Of a DNA stretch of 48,902 nt, positions 38,169 through 48,173 are shown piece by piece. The position numbers and the translations under genes are program-made. The notes under the pieces were generated by a model, which saw only the letters and a program-made list of their open reading frames with translations, was not told the DNA's origin and searched no databases. How positions within the stretch are numbered: the stretch's first letter is position 1; each line of letters starts with the position of its first letter. Source of the DNA: an uncultured Verrucomicrobiota bacterium (GTDB lineage: Bacteria; Verrucomicrobiota; Verrucomicrobiia; Limisphaerales; AAA164-E04); contig CAYFHO010000033.1 of NCBI GenBank assembly GCA_964342825.1, positions 1 through 48,902 on the forward strand. The letters are read 5' to 3'.

Positions 38169-40541
38169 TTATTCAGGGCGGGCTCTTATGAACATGGTTG
38201 GTGAGGTGGATTCGCTGTAATCATTGATGGTAAACGAGCCGCTCTCGGCAATCACCCTTCCGAATTCTCTCCATTCGTCCAGATTCCTGGATACCTCGAC
38301 AATATACCTCTGGCCACTTTCTCCTATTCCGGAAAATCGGGGAGAAGACGGTTCAAAAGTGTGGTGAACGTTTAGCCGCGGGTTGATTCCTTGTTTAGGT
38401 CTCGGGATGAGTCGATGTTCCTGATCGCCACCGTGGAGCTTGATTTCAAAAGTGTAGATTTCTATGAGCCCATGGTCTCGTAAGTCGATGTCGCTGGGAT
38501 GAAATTCCCATGTGCCGTTGCGGATGGCTATTTTGGCTTTTCCGGTCGCGTCTGAAAGGCCAAAGGAGTGCAACTCTGGCTGACCATTTCCAATCATCAT
38601 TCCGTGTACGCGAATGTCCGGAATCGGACTTCCATCAGATCGGTTGAAGAAAAGCGAAAGGGTTCCCGTATCTGGCATGGTGTTGAGCTCGACTTCAATT
38701 TCGACTGGTGCCTCTCCTGAATCCTGCGGCTCAACCAAAACTCTCGGCAGTCCTGAGAAAATGAGCTGTCGTCGTGCGGCTTCAATGGGTTCAGGAACGA
38801 TTATCCAGTCTCCATGGGCTAGCCCGAACTCAAAAAAACCGTCAGTATCATATGTGTTCTGAAAAGGTTGTTCACCATAATCACCGGAGAAATTGACCGC
38901 CCGAAGTTCAAATTTTCCAATCGCATCGCCATTTTCATCTTCCGCCCAACCGTATACCCAAGCATCCACTGCCCGTGCGGTGAAGTCATACAGGAGAGAG
39001 CAGCGTGCAGAGGGCACCTTTAGATCACTTGGAAATGGGCTGGTATGATGATTGTCATAAAGTGAATAAGGGACCGCAAATACATTCCAATAGCCCGGAC
39101 CAACGGCAAGTCGATAGTCACCGTCACCATCCGTGACTGCATGGGCCGCCGCTCCATCATCAGAACGGATGGCCCGTATTTCGACTCCCTGAAGAGGTTG
39201 GTAAATACCATCCTGGTCAGGTTGAGAGCTGCTGAGTGTGCCCCAAATGATCGATTCACCTTTTTGGAGCTGTATGACATTATCATTGGAGTCGCCCTGT
39301 GAAGCATCGACAACCGCTCCCAGCTCAAGCCCCGGACTTACATAACCGAGATCATAAACTGCCTGGAGTCGAGGTACGATTCCCCATCGCCCTTCCGTAA
39401 CTTTGGCCGAAAAATTGCCTTCGTGATCGGTCCAACAAATCGTGAACAGGTCTGTGTCAATTTCATCTGTTTCGCTGAGCGAAAAAAGGAGTATCTCAAC
39501 GCCCGGAAGGCTCATTTCCGGGTGATCGGCATCAATCAAAGTGCCTGACACGGTGCGATCACCACGAGTCAGGGAAATATCTACGGTGAGAGTCTCCTTT
39601 TCGTCGATAAAATGACTTACATTCCGACCGTATCTGCTGACGAATCCCGGAGCCAGAGCCACAAGATCATATTCATCCCAATCAGCAAACAGCACATAGT
39701 TCCCATCTGCATCCGACATGGTTCCTTTAATGAAATCATTATCCAATCCGAGAGGATCGAGTAAAACGACAAAGGCGTTGGAAACAGGCACCCCATCGCT
39801 GGTGACTCTGCCCTGGAATTGTTGGTCCCACCTCTTTGCATGAACCTGAAATGAAACGTCTGTTGGAACATAAGCGTTTGTAGGACTTTTGACACGGTAT
39901 ACGTAGTGGCCGACGATAGTAGAAGGACTGGCCTTGTAGAAATCCAATTGTGCCATGATTTCACCAACGGCATGTGAAAAATCATTGGGAACGTTGAAAT
40001 TATAGACTTCGCCGGCCAAAGGGGTATATCCGTCCTGAAGCAGGTAGGAAGCCTGGAGCAGGGAGCTTTCATCCACCCCCCGGACAGGATCCGTCACCAT
40101 GTATTTTTCAAGAATGATTCTTTGTCCCGGCTGAAGGTCGGAAATGGTGATGTTTATGATTCCTGAGTATTCGTCGGTGATCTCCGATTCGGAGAGTTGG
40201 ACGGTGGGGGATGCGTCCGATTCGGGACCCGGTGCTGGCACCTTAATGGTATCGGTAGAAAAGACAGGCAGCGGAGTATTCCAGTCAATATCCAGTCGGC
40301 TTTTGATTCCCTGACGAAACCAGGTGTTGGTGCAGGAGGAAGGCACGGCTTGCGCCTCATTGGTGTGATCAATCAGTAAGACGACAGCCGTGAAATAGAT
40401 CATCATCGACTTTTGATGTTGATTTCTTTGCGGAAGCCGTTGAATGGGTAGATGATAGGCCCGCAAGGACTTGGACGGCTGATCAAAGCATGCGACACTC
40501 AACAATTTGCATAAGGTTTCGATGATGGTTCGTTTCTTCAT
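38169..40541 (-). CDS. Large secreted protein with repeated carboxypeptidase-regulatory-like (transthyretin-like) beta-sandwich domains
   Basis: 790 aa with a signal peptide (MMIYFTAVVLLIDHTNEAQA; possible start near 40406). Repeated DGxY/GDYRL-type motifs (SDADGNYVLFA, TDHEGNFSAKV, TDGDGDYRLAV, SDATGKAKIAI) are characteristic of CarbopepD_reg-like domains. Confidence 0.55.
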   Translation of the reverse strand: MKKRTIIETLCKLLSVACFDQPSKSLRAYHLPIQRLPQRNQHQKSMMIYFTAVVLLIDHTNEAQAVPSSCTNTWFRQGIKSRLDIDWNTPLPVFSTDTIKVPAPGPESDASPTVQLSESEITDEYSGIINITISDLQPGQRIILEKYMVTDPVRGVDESSLLQASYLLQDGYTPLAGEVYNFNVPNDFSHAVGEIMAQLDFYKASPSTIVGHYVYRVKSPTNAYVPTDVSFQVHAKRWDQQFQGRVTSDGVPVSNAFVVLLDPLGLDNDFIKGTMSDADGNYVLFADWDEYDLVALAPGFVSRYGRNVSHFIDEKETLTVDISLTRGDRTVSGTLIDADHPEMSLPGVEILLFSLSETDEIDTDLFTICWTDHEGNFSAKVTEGRWGIVPRLQAVYDLGYVSPGLELGAVVDASQGDSNDNVIQLQKGESIIWGTLSSSQPDQDGIYQPLQGVEIRAIRSDDGAAAHAVTDGDGDYRLAVGPGYWNVFAVPYSLYDNHHTSPFPSDLKVPSARCSLLYDFTARAVDAWVYGWAEDENGDAIGKFELRAVNFSGDYGEQPFQNTYDTDGFFEFGLAHGDWIIVPEPIEAARRQLIFSGLPRVLVEPQDSGEAPVEIEVELNTMPDTGTLSLFFNRSDGSPIPDIRVHGMMIGNGQPELHSFGLSDATGKAKIAIRNGTWEFHPSDIDLRDHGLIEIYTFEIKLHGGDQEHRLIPRPKQGINPRLNVHHTFEPSSPRFSGIGESGQRYIVEVSRNLDEWREFGRVIAESGSFTINDYSESTSPTMFIRARPE

Positions 40542-40663
40542 AGACTAGGAACCAATCTATCGAATAACAAACGGTGTGGACAGTCACACAAAGATGTGAA
40601 TGGAATGCACTTTGAAAAGGTTTTCCCGCAAATCTTGACCATCAGTGACGTGAATGGGGGCAT

Positions 40664-41314
40664 TCAACTTTCGAGGTACTTCACTACCGCTTCGGTTCGA
40701 GAACGAACTTGAAGTTTTTGGTAGATGCGTCGTATGTGGGTTCTAACCGTATCCAGACTGATATGTAGCTGATTTGCAATTTCCTTGTAGAGGTATCCTT
40801 GGGTCAAAAGTTTCAAGATTTCCTCCTCTCTTGCACTTAGAATCGTTTCAGGTTTGGATGGCAAGGGGTTTTGATTCTGAGAGAGAAAGGATTGAACCAC
40901 TCGTCGGGCAATGTAACTCGTCATGGGTGACCCACCTTCTGTGACTTCCACTATGGCCTGTAGGACCTCGCTTGGAGCACTGCGTTTTAAAAGGTAGCCA
41001 GTCGCCCCCGCTTTGAGAGATTCGAAAACATGCTCATCATCGTTGTGAGAAGTCAGGACCAAAAAAAGCGTATTAGGAAGGACGGGGCGAAGCTTCCGGA
41101 TGCACTGAATCCCATCGGTGCCACGCATTTGAAGGTCGACGAGGACTACATCGGGACCGTTATTGGGCAGTTCCTTGATGGCAATCGATCCATCGTAGAA
41201 GAAACTGAGACATTTCATTCCTGAATGGCCGTTCACTAAGTGCCGGACCGATTGGACGAATGCTTCATCATCATCGACAATGGAAACCGTGATTGTGTCC
41301 GGCAGATCGCTCAT
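40664..41314 (-). CDS. Two-component response regulator, NarL/FixJ (LuxR) family
   Basis: REC domain (VSIVDDDEAF...VVLVDLQMRGTDG...KLRPV) plus a LuxR HTH (LSAREEEILKLLTQGYLYKEIANQLHISLDTVRTHIRRIYQKL). The track ORF starts at 41458, but the likely start is the MSDLPDT Met at about 41314. Confidence 0.85.
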   Translation of the reverse strand: MSDLPDTITVSIVDDDEAFVQSVRHLVNGHSGMKCLSFFYDGSIAIKELPNNGPDVVLVDLQMRGTDGIQCIRKLRPVLPNTLFLVLTSHNDDEHVFESLKAGATGYLLKRSAPSEVLQAIVEVTEGGSPMTSYIARRVVQSFLSQNQNPLPSKPETILSAREEEILKLLTQGYLYKEIANQLHISLDTVRTHIRRIYQKLQVRSRTEAVVKYLES

Positions 41315-41384
41315 AGAAGGCCTAAAGTCTGGGTGGCCATGAACATATTTTCCAGTAGTATGTTCATGTGATTTTAGAACGGGT

Positions 41385-44300
41385 TTAGCCGCAAGGAATC
41401 GAAATCCGTACCGAGAAACCACCTTTATTGCTGGAATTGAAATTGACCGTTCCACCAATCGACTCGATTCGTCGCTGGATGTTCCGAAGTCCGTTACCCC
41501 CCTTGTTGTAAGCTGAAAGCGGGAGGCCTTGTCCGTTGTCTTCCACGGATAACCAGAACCAATCTCTATCCAACCAAATCCGTAGCCAAACCTCTGAAGC
41601 CTGCGCGTGTTTCAGCACATTGGTCAAAGCTTCCCGCACCGCCATAAAAACCTCATGCCGTGATTCCATTGATAAAGTTCTGGTTTCCACATCCATGGGC
41701 ACTTCGATTCTCAAGCGAGTGCTAGTGCTCTTGAACAAGGATTCAGCGTAGGAAAGGAAGAATGCCATCGAACTCTCGACATTGTCCTTGCCTGGATCTG
41801 TCGTCCACACAATTTCGTCGAGACTGACAGTCATGTCTTGTGCCGTCTTCTGGATCAAATCCGAATATGTTTTCAATTCCTGCCAGTCTTTAGAAGCGAT
41901 TTGATCTTTCAGTGCCTTTGTTTGGAAAATAATTTGAGTCGATTGTGAACCCAACCGATCATGAAGGTCTTGAGAAATGCGCGATCGTTCCAGCTCTACA
42001 GCGCGTTCCTGAATGAGAGATCGGATCCGCTTAATATAGGCGCCACGTGTTGCCCCCCAAGCGATCAACGCGATAAGCATGGCCGCAAAAAGCCCGGAAC
42101 AAAGCTGAAATTCTGTTCTCTGCCAGAAGTAGGGTTCAATATAAACATCTACCATCGCCGGTTGCTCAGTCCAGCCTCCCCAATGATCTGTTGCTCTAAC
42201 CAAAAATTGGTAATTTCCCGGGGGTGGCTTGGTGTAATGGGCTTCCCTGACGTTCCAAGCTTCGACCCAATCCTTGTCATTGCCCACCAGTCTATACTGG
42301 AACCTCGCATTTCGAGAGGTGTTTAAGGTGATGCTTGTGAAATAGAATGACAAACGGATCGAACCTGCAGGCACGACGATAGTAGCGGCATCCATCGGGG
42401 CTGCTTTGTCATCCACCAATACCTCTACGATATGGGTAGCCGGATTGGATGCTTTTGTGGATAGCTGATTGGCGTCGAGGCTTGAAATTCCCTCCGTGGT
42501 TGCAATCCATAGCCTACCTTGGTTGGACAAGTGCATGGCCGGGAAGTAAGACGTTGAACATTCAAGATTCGGAAGTCCGTGTTCAGGGCCATACACCCGG
42601 CAATGAACTGTTGCTGATTTTTGATCATTCAGAGATTCCAATTGACTCGAAGAAAGGGCTACGACACCTTTTGTTGTGGAAAGCCAAAGTGCATCATCCA
42701 GACCTGTGGCTCCCGCGATTTCGTTCGAAGGCAGTCCGTGGTCGGTTGTGAATTGCTTGAGGCCGGCATTTGCCCAATGGAACAATCCACCTCCCAGCGT
42801 TGCAATCCAGAGGGATTGATCGGGGGCTGTATGTATGGAGGAAATGGTATGTTGAATACAGTCCGACAATCCCGGAATCTTCATCAACTTGCCCTGATCA
42901 GTCCTGAGGATTTTGCCTGTTTCATAACCTACCCAGACCTCTTCTTGTGCCGCGTCTGCAAATGCGGTCACCAGTCCGGCATCGAGGTCGATAATCTTGA
43001 TTTCTTTACCTGATCGACGAGCGATGCCACCTGCGTTCCCACTGAACCAAAGCATCTGGTGTTTTGACAGGAACATGGTTTGACATCCATAAAACATCGG
43101 TCTGTTATCCATCGCTATTTTTTCAAATCCGCTGCCGTTCTGAATCCATTGCGTAAGACCACCAACATTGCCGGACCAGAGATTATTATGCTTGTCCAGC
43201 AATGCTCCATAATGGGAACTCACCCCAAGAGGTAGTAAGTTGCCGTCGTGTTGGATGTTGAAAACTTCCTGCCCCTGCGTAAAGATAACGCCACCTCGAT
43301 GGTCGGTAAAAAGCATATGTGCCGAGGCAATTCCAATCTCTGGATAGGCCTGAAAAAGGCGTCGTTTCAAGCGGTACAACCCACTGGTCATAGAACCCGC
43401 CCAGATGGTGCCTTCTCGGTCCTCGAAAATGCAAGTGACTGCACCTTTACCAAGTTCGAATCGTTCATACTCTCCTCCTAAACCTATACAGTAAAGGGCA
43501 TCCTTGGACACCGAGATCCAAAGTCTACCCTCCGTATCCTCTAAAAAGGAGTTGATTCCATACTGGGGGATTACGAATGGCCAGGTTTGTGGTGGCGTCA
43601 GTTTGCCATTTGAAAGCAGCCGGTGAAGACATGCATATCGGGAAGGTTCGCTAGATAGAATCCATGCGCCACCCTCCCTTCTAGTAAAAAAGTTGTTGCT
43701 TAGTACGGTTCGTTCGGTTTCGTTTTCTACTAGTCTTTCAAAGTCTCCATTCCTCCAGAATCCAGCAGTCTCCCAATAGCATACTAGCATGCGTTCTGAA
43801 TAGGAATCCCATACCACTTTGTAGGAAGTGGCTCCGGCCAGTTTTCCATTCGCTATCGAGTGTAGTATCTCTCGATCATAATAATGGATTCCCCGCAACG
43901 AGGCTCGCCACACTCGTCCGTCGGAATCTTCGGCGAATTGACGAACATCATCCCCTTCAAGTGAATCTGGCACAATCAGTTTTCTAAACTGGCCGTCTTC
44001 CAAAATGCAAACGCCGTCCCCCGCAGATCCGATCCAAAGCTTGCCGGTATGATCTACAAAAAGGGTATTGATTGGGCGATTGACAAGCCCGGGGTGGTCG
44101 GACGGGTTAAAATATTTGAACTGATAACCATCAAATCGGGCCAATCCCCTTTTCAAGCCAATCCATAAGAACCCGTCGTGAGTTTGGGCGATGGCGGTCA
44201 CACCTGATCGAGGTAATCCGTCACGCACATTCCAATTTTCCACCAGATAGTTTGAGGTCGCAGCAGAAAGCCGAGGAGAAACCAGGCCAGGGAAAGCCAA

Positions 44301-44531
44301 GTTGTTTTCCATTGCCCCGGACGGCTTCCCTATCATCGGATATAATATTCCCCATCCTGACATACAAAGGTATGTCAACGACAATACGGACCTAATCAAA
44401 ATGAACTGATCAAGCAAGTTGGGATGTGGACAAAACAAACTCATTCGCTGCAGGTCGCAATATGCTGAAAATATCAGTAATGATAAATAATGCCAAGTTG
44501 GCATGTGGCTGGAACAGAATGGTTGGCACAA
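41385..44531 (-). CDS. Sensor histidine kinase with periplasmic two-component-regulator propeller + Y_Y_Y domains, HisKA_3/HATPase_c
   Basis: N-terminal YLVENWNVRDGLPRSGVTAIAQTHDGFLWIG is the regulator-propeller signature. One TM (LFAAMLIALIAWGA). H-box RSRISQDLHDRLGSQST (HisKA_3, pairs with NarL-type RRs). C-terminal ATPase (NGLRNIQRRIESIGGTV). The true start is probably the Met near 44336. Confidence 0.8.
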   Translation of the reverse strand: MCQPFCSSHMPTWHYLSLLIFSAYCDLQRMSLFCPHPNLLDQFILIRSVLSLTYLCMSGWGILYPMIGKPSGAMENNLAFPGLVSPRLSAATSNYLVENWNVRDGLPRSGVTAIAQTHDGFLWIGLKRGLARFDGYQFKYFNPSDHPGLVNRPINTLFVDHTGKLWIGSAGDGVCILEDGQFRKLIVPDSLEGDDVRQFAEDSDGRVWRASLRGIHYYDREILHSIANGKLAGATSYKVVWDSYSERMLVCYWETAGFWRNGDFERLVENETERTVLSNNFFTRREGGAWILSSEPSRYACLHRLLSNGKLTPPQTWPFVIPQYGINSFLEDTEGRLWISVSKDALYCIGLGGEYERFELGKGAVTCIFEDREGTIWAGSMTSGLYRLKRRLFQAYPEIGIASAHMLFTDHRGGVIFTQGQEVFNIQHDGNLLPLGVSSHYGALLDKHNNLWSGNVGGLTQWIQNGSGFEKIAMDNRPMFYGCQTMFLSKHQMLWFSGNAGGIARRSGKEIKIIDLDAGLVTAFADAAQEEVWVGYETGKILRTDQGKLMKIPGLSDCIQHTISSIHTAPDQSLWIATLGGGLFHWANAGLKQFTTDHGLPSNEIAGATGLDDALWLSTTKGVVALSSSQLESLNDQKSATVHCRVYGPEHGLPNLECSTSYFPAMHLSNQGRLWIATTEGISSLDANQLSTKASNPATHIVEVLVDDKAAPMDAATIVVPAGSIRLSFYFTSITLNTSRNARFQYRLVGNDKDWVEAWNVREAHYTKPPPGNYQFLVRATDHWGGWTEQPAMVDVYIEPYFWQRTEFQLCSGLFAAMLIALIAWGATRGAYIKRIRSLIQERAVELERSRISQDLHDRLGSQSTQIIFQTKALKDQIASKDWQELKTYSDLIQKTAQDMTVSLDEIVWTTDPGKDNVESSMAFFLSYAESLFKSTSTRLRIEVPMDVETRTLSMESRHEVFMAVREALTNVLKHAQASEVWLRIWLDRDWFWLSVEDNGQGLPLSAYNKGGNGLRNIQRRIESIGGTVNFNSSNKGGFSVRISIPCG

Positions 44532-44894
44532 GGTAAATGAAATGTGTAATCACATGGAGAAAAAGGCGTCCCATTACTATTGCATTGGTTACGTATGGCT
44601 GGCTATGTTAACAAAATTGGAAGAATACGTTGCGTTTAAAAGGGTTTGAGGAATTACGGTGATTTTAGTGGGGTTTTCAAAGTATGTTATTCGAAGAAAC
44701 CGGATGCATAGTCTTGAAGCAGCTAATTCCCCGAAAAAATGGCGGACCGGACGGTACGGTCTACGCAACTTTTCTCAGATTTTTCGATCCTCGATTCCCA
44801 TTTTTAGAATTGAAACCTCATAAAGTAGAGTCGCTTTTAAAATATCGGTGAAACCTGTTCGTAGATTCGCAGCGGCCAACCGGCCGGAACAGTT

Positions 44895-45452
44895 TTAATT
44901 TGATTCTGCTTCGCGTATGAGATCCTCCAATCCCTCAAGCCGATATTTTTGGCATAAGGATCGAATGGCATCCAGATCTAGGTCCTTGTTCCGTTGCACC
45001 AGTTCAATGATATCCGCTTTGGATTTGTATCCACCCGCATAAAGTTTGAGAGCGATGAGGTAGGGGAGTGGGACGATTTTGAGTTTACTTCCTTTATTGA
45101 CTGACATACTCGCTACCTCCAAGGCATCATCGATGACCGCGGGAAATCGTTCTCCGAAATTGACGATCTGTATCAGGCCAAAAGGACCGTTTACATCGAT
45201 GACCCCACCCAGGGGATCATCCAGATCAGGTTCGCGCAGGACAGCCGGATACCCTGCCGCATTGAGCGATTCCACGACAGAACGAAGTGATGCGATGCTT
45301 GCATTGATGCCCAGATCAATGTCCTCGGTTTGACGGACGTAGTGGTGGGCCGCTAGCGCGACCGCACCGATTACCACAGTGTCGATTTGGTGGTCGGCTA
45401 ATATGTCAACGATTTCCTCCGCCGACTTAAGAAATGGTTCACTGTTGTCCAC
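44895..45452 (-). CDS. Small nucleotidyltransferase-fold (Pol-beta superfamily-like) protein, function unknown
   Basis: 185 aa. hG[GA]-x13-DxD pattern (VVIGAVALAAHHYVRQTEDIDL) consistent with minimal nucleotidyltransferases. No HEPN-like partner ORF of 60 aa or more is adjacent. A decayed second copy lies at 35695-36245. Confidence 0.55.
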   Translation of the reverse strand: MDNSEPFLKSAEEIVDILADHQIDTVVIGAVALAAHHYVRQTEDIDLGINASIASLRSVVESLNAAGYPAVLREPDLDDPLGGVIDVNGPFGLIQIVNFGERFPAVIDDALEVASMSVNKGSKLKIVPLPYLIALKLYAGGYKSKADIIELVQRNKDLDLDAIRSLCQKYRLEGLEDLIREAESN

Positions 45453-45931
45453 GCTCTTCCTTTTTGGACGATGGCTTCAGCCAGGAAAAACGGCGGCTCA
45501 TGGTTAAAGCTGCATGAATTCTTTCCTCAACAGTTGTTCCTACCCACTGCTCCAATTGATATCGACGAGATGCGCTGGCGCAAGAACTGCGGCGCGGATT
45601 ACGTTGCGGGTTTTCATGACTGTCTACAAAACTCATCTGCTGAGTTCAAACCTACTGGTTCCGATTCACTGGGTCAATAATGAGACGATTCAAACTGGGA
45701 ACATTACAAATGTCTGAATCAAAGTGTTCTGGGGAGAAATTTTCCTGACTCCGGGCCAGCATACGTAACTCGTTGCGATTCTGTATCCACGATATTTTTC
45801 CCTAGTGTACAGGCGAAATTCAGGTGCGATGCAATTTTTCTCCATTATAACATATTCAAACATGACAGGATATGTTAGCCCTGAGCGCTAGACGATGTTC
45901 CAGAAGTTTTGTAAGTTATTGAACATGAAGA

Positions 45932-46022
45932 TGGCGGAAGGGGAGGGATTCGAACCCCCGGTACGGTTACCCGCACGCCTGATTTCGAGTCAGGTACCTT
46001 CAACCAACTCAGCCACCCTTCC
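45932..46022 (-). tRNA. tRNA-Ser (anticodon CGA), class II with long variable arm, CCA encoded
   Basis: Minus-strand sequence GGAAGGGTGGCTGAGTTGGTTGAAGGTACCTGACTCGAAATCAGGCGTGCGGGTAACCGTACCGGGGGTTCGAATCCCTCCCCTTCCGCCA. 7-bp acceptor stem GGAAGGG/CCCTTCC. Anticodon stem CCTGA/TCAGG with loop CTCGAAA (anticodon CGA). 6-bp variable-arm hairpin. T-loop TTCGAAT. Discriminator G plus CCA. Confidence 0.85.
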
Positions 46023-46236
46023 TGTGCTTTCAATCGGTGCAATCAAATATATGCGCGCCGACTCAAACTAGTAAAACTTTCCAATGTTTTCCATCTGTTG
46101 GCAAGTCGATTGTCATTGATTTAAAGGCTATTTAAAGGGTGGTAAGGAATCCGCTTGGAACCCCAAAGACATGTTCCATTCCAATATTCAATATCCGAAT
46201 GGAAGTCTGAAATATCCTTCCTTGACAGCTTGAACT

Positions 46237-46893
46237 TTGTATTGCAAAGTTGATTTTGAAATGGACGCTGACTGGGCAGCACAGAGACTGGGTGAAATAC
46301 GCACATTGATGGAGCGTACTTCGTTGTACCGTCGCGCACTGGCCCCTACCGCCACTCTAACGGGCGTCATCGGAATGGTGGCGGGAGTGATTGGCTGGAC
46401 CTTCCCTGTGGAATCAGGAAGCGGCTTTTGCCTTTTTTGGATGATAACGGGCATCCTCAGTTTACTCGTTTCATTGCTCATGATTCGTCGACAAGCCTGG
46501 AAAGACAAAGAGTTGTTCTGGTCTCCACCCACGCGTCGTTTTATTCAAGCGCTGTGCCCTGCCCTGTTTGCCGGGACCTGTCTGGGAATCGTGGGAATGA
46601 TGCATCCCCAGATCAGTAAGGCTTATCTCTGGAATTTACCGGCACTCTGGATGATGTTTTATGGTTGCGCTCTTTTTTCAGCAGGATTTTTCATGCCGAG
46701 GGGCATCAAGCTTTTTGGCGCCATATACGTATTATGCGGGAGTATATCGATGTTTCATTTCACAACCGCAGCCCTCACCCAAACGCTCCCACGCATTGTC
46801 CACGCCCATATCGTCATGGGTTCATCATTCGGGATACTGCATTTTTTTTACGGTGCTTACCTCTTTTTGACAGAACACAACCAAACCAACTGA
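46237..46893 (+). CDS. Polytopic membrane protein, hypothetical
   Basis: Several hydrophobic helices (GVIGMVAGVIGW, FCLFWMITGILSLLVSLLMI, LFAGTCLGIVGMM, MFYGCALFSAGFF, FGAIYVLCGSISMF). Probable start at the internal Met (MDADWAAQRL). A 4-nt gap separates it from the wHTH regulator gene. Confidence 0.5.
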   Translation: MYCKVDFEMDADWAAQRLGEIRTLMERTSLYRRALAPTATLTGVIGMVAGVIGWTFPVESGSGFCLFWMITGILSLLVSLLMIRRQAWKDKELFWSPPTRRFIQALCPALFAGTCLGIVGMMHPQISKAYLWNLPALWMMFYGCALFSAGFFMPRGIKLFGAIYVLCGSISMFHFTTAALTQTLPRIVHAHIVMGSSFGILHFFYGAYLFLTEHNQTN

Positions 46894-46896
46894 ATC

Positions 46897-47208
46897 ATGA
46901 AAACCAAAACATTCAGCCAACTCAACAAGACCATCCACGAAAAAGGACGCATGGCCATTATGTCGGCTCTTGCTGCCAATCCAGAAATGTCCTTCAAAGA
47001 ACTCAAGGAATCTTTGGGCATGACGGATGGGAATGTGAGCGTACACATCCGCACTCTGCAGCAAGCAGGCTATGTCATCGTATCAAAGACATTCGTCAAC
47101 AACCGACCTCACACAACTTATCGGATGACAAGTGAAGGTTTGAAAGCTTTCAATGAATACATTGACCTCCTCGAAGAAATTGTCCGATTGAATCGCGAAG
47201 GGCACTGA
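46897..47208 (+). CDS. Winged-helix transcriptional regulator (ArsR/MarR-like small wHTH)
   Basis: 103 aa. HTH-like segment FKELKESLGMTDGNVSVHIRTLQQAGYV followed by a wing (VSKTFVNNRPHTTYRMTSEG). Confidence 0.6.
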   Translation: MKTKTFSQLNKTIHEKGRMAIMSALAANPEMSFKELKESLGMTDGNVSVHIRTLQQAGYVIVSKTFVNNRPHTTYRMTSEGLKAFNEYIDLLEEIVRLNREGH

Positions 47209-47276
47209 AGCGGACCATTATTTTTTTACCATATTACTTTTCAGTAAAGAGAACTTTTAATCAGCAATAAATTGCC

Positions 47277-48161
47277 ATGAAAATTAAAATTGCACGACAC
47301 ATGGGGCTCTGTTTTGGAGTCAAGGATGCCATCCAATTGGCTGAAGAAACGGCCCAAAAATCACCCGTTACGATCTACGGGCCACTGGCACATAATCCGG
47401 CTATTCAAAATCGATTAACAAGACGGGGGGTACAGTTCACCAATAACCATCAGACAGCGAAAACAGAAACATTGATTGTCACTGCTCATGGAACTTCGGA
47501 CAAAAAAAGAAGCGAAATCAGGGAAGCAGGATTTGAAGTCAAGGACGCCACTTGCCCTCTGGTTCACTTTGCCCACCGCTCCCTCCTGGAGCTGGTTAAA
47601 GGAGGCTACTATCCGGTCATTATAGGAAATGCAGACCATATCGAGGTACGAGGATTGACGGGGGATTTAGAAAATTACACTGTCGTGTTGTCGTCGTCGG
47701 ACATCTCAAGAATTCCAAATGTAAACAGAATAGGAATCATTTCACAAACAACACAACCTGTTGACCGAGTTCAGGAACTGGTCGATTCGATTAAAACCAG
47801 GTTCACAAAGGCTGAAGTCAGGTTTACGGACACAGTTTGTCACCCCACCAAACAACGCCAAAAAGCTGCAATAGAGCTGGGTCAACAATCCGATGTCGTC
47901 ATTGTGATAGGAGGGAAAACCAGCAACAATACCAGGCAACTCTCTGAAACTGTGTCCCGATTTTGCAATCGTGTTTACCAGATAGAAAGTGCCGAAGATC
48001 TGAGTAAGGCATGGTTTCTACCCGAGGATGTCGTAGGAATTACTGCGGGAACATCCACACCTGATGAAACCATACAACCTGTCATCGACCAAATTGAATC
48101 CTGGGAAGAGGAGAGGGTTGCTGCAATGACAGAGCAACATTTGAAAGCCCTGGCTGATTGA
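47277..48161 (+). CDS. ispH: 4-hydroxy-3-methylbut-2-enyl diphosphate reductase
   Basis: HMGLCFGVKDAI (Cys1), DATCPLVH (Cys2) and FTDTVCHPTKQRQ (Cys3) are the three conserved Fe-S Cys blocks of IspH/LytB. 294 aa. Confidence 0.9.
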   Translation: MKIKIARHMGLCFGVKDAIQLAEETAQKSPVTIYGPLAHNPAIQNRLTRRGVQFTNNHQTAKTETLIVTAHGTSDKKRSEIREAGFEVKDATCPLVHFAHRSLLELVKGGYYPVIIGNADHIEVRGLTGDLENYTVVLSSSDISRIPNVNRIGIISQTTQPVDRVQELVDSIKTRFTKAEVRFTDTVCHPTKQRQKAAIELGQQSDVVIVIGGKTSNNTRQLSETVSRFCNRVYQIESAEDLSKAWFLPEDVVGITAGTSTPDETIQPVIDQIESWEEERVAAMTEQHLKALAD

Positions 48162-48173
48162 GGTTCCGACCGC

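Noticed and set aside
45439-45636. 65-aa minus-strand ORF overlapping the start of the nucleotidyltransferase gene
   Set aside because: It overlaps the NTase N-terminus out of frame, is Arg/Ser-rich and has no features. I considered it as a possible antitoxin/HEPN partner, but it is too small and lacks an Rx4-6H motif.
45932-46022. Possibility that the tRNA next to the sel genes is selC (tRNA-Sec)
   Set aside because: The anticodon loop reads CTCGAAA (anticodon CGA), and the acceptor stem is 7 bp with a 5-bp T-stem. That is a standard class II tRNA-Ser, not the 8/5 tRNA-Sec with UCA.
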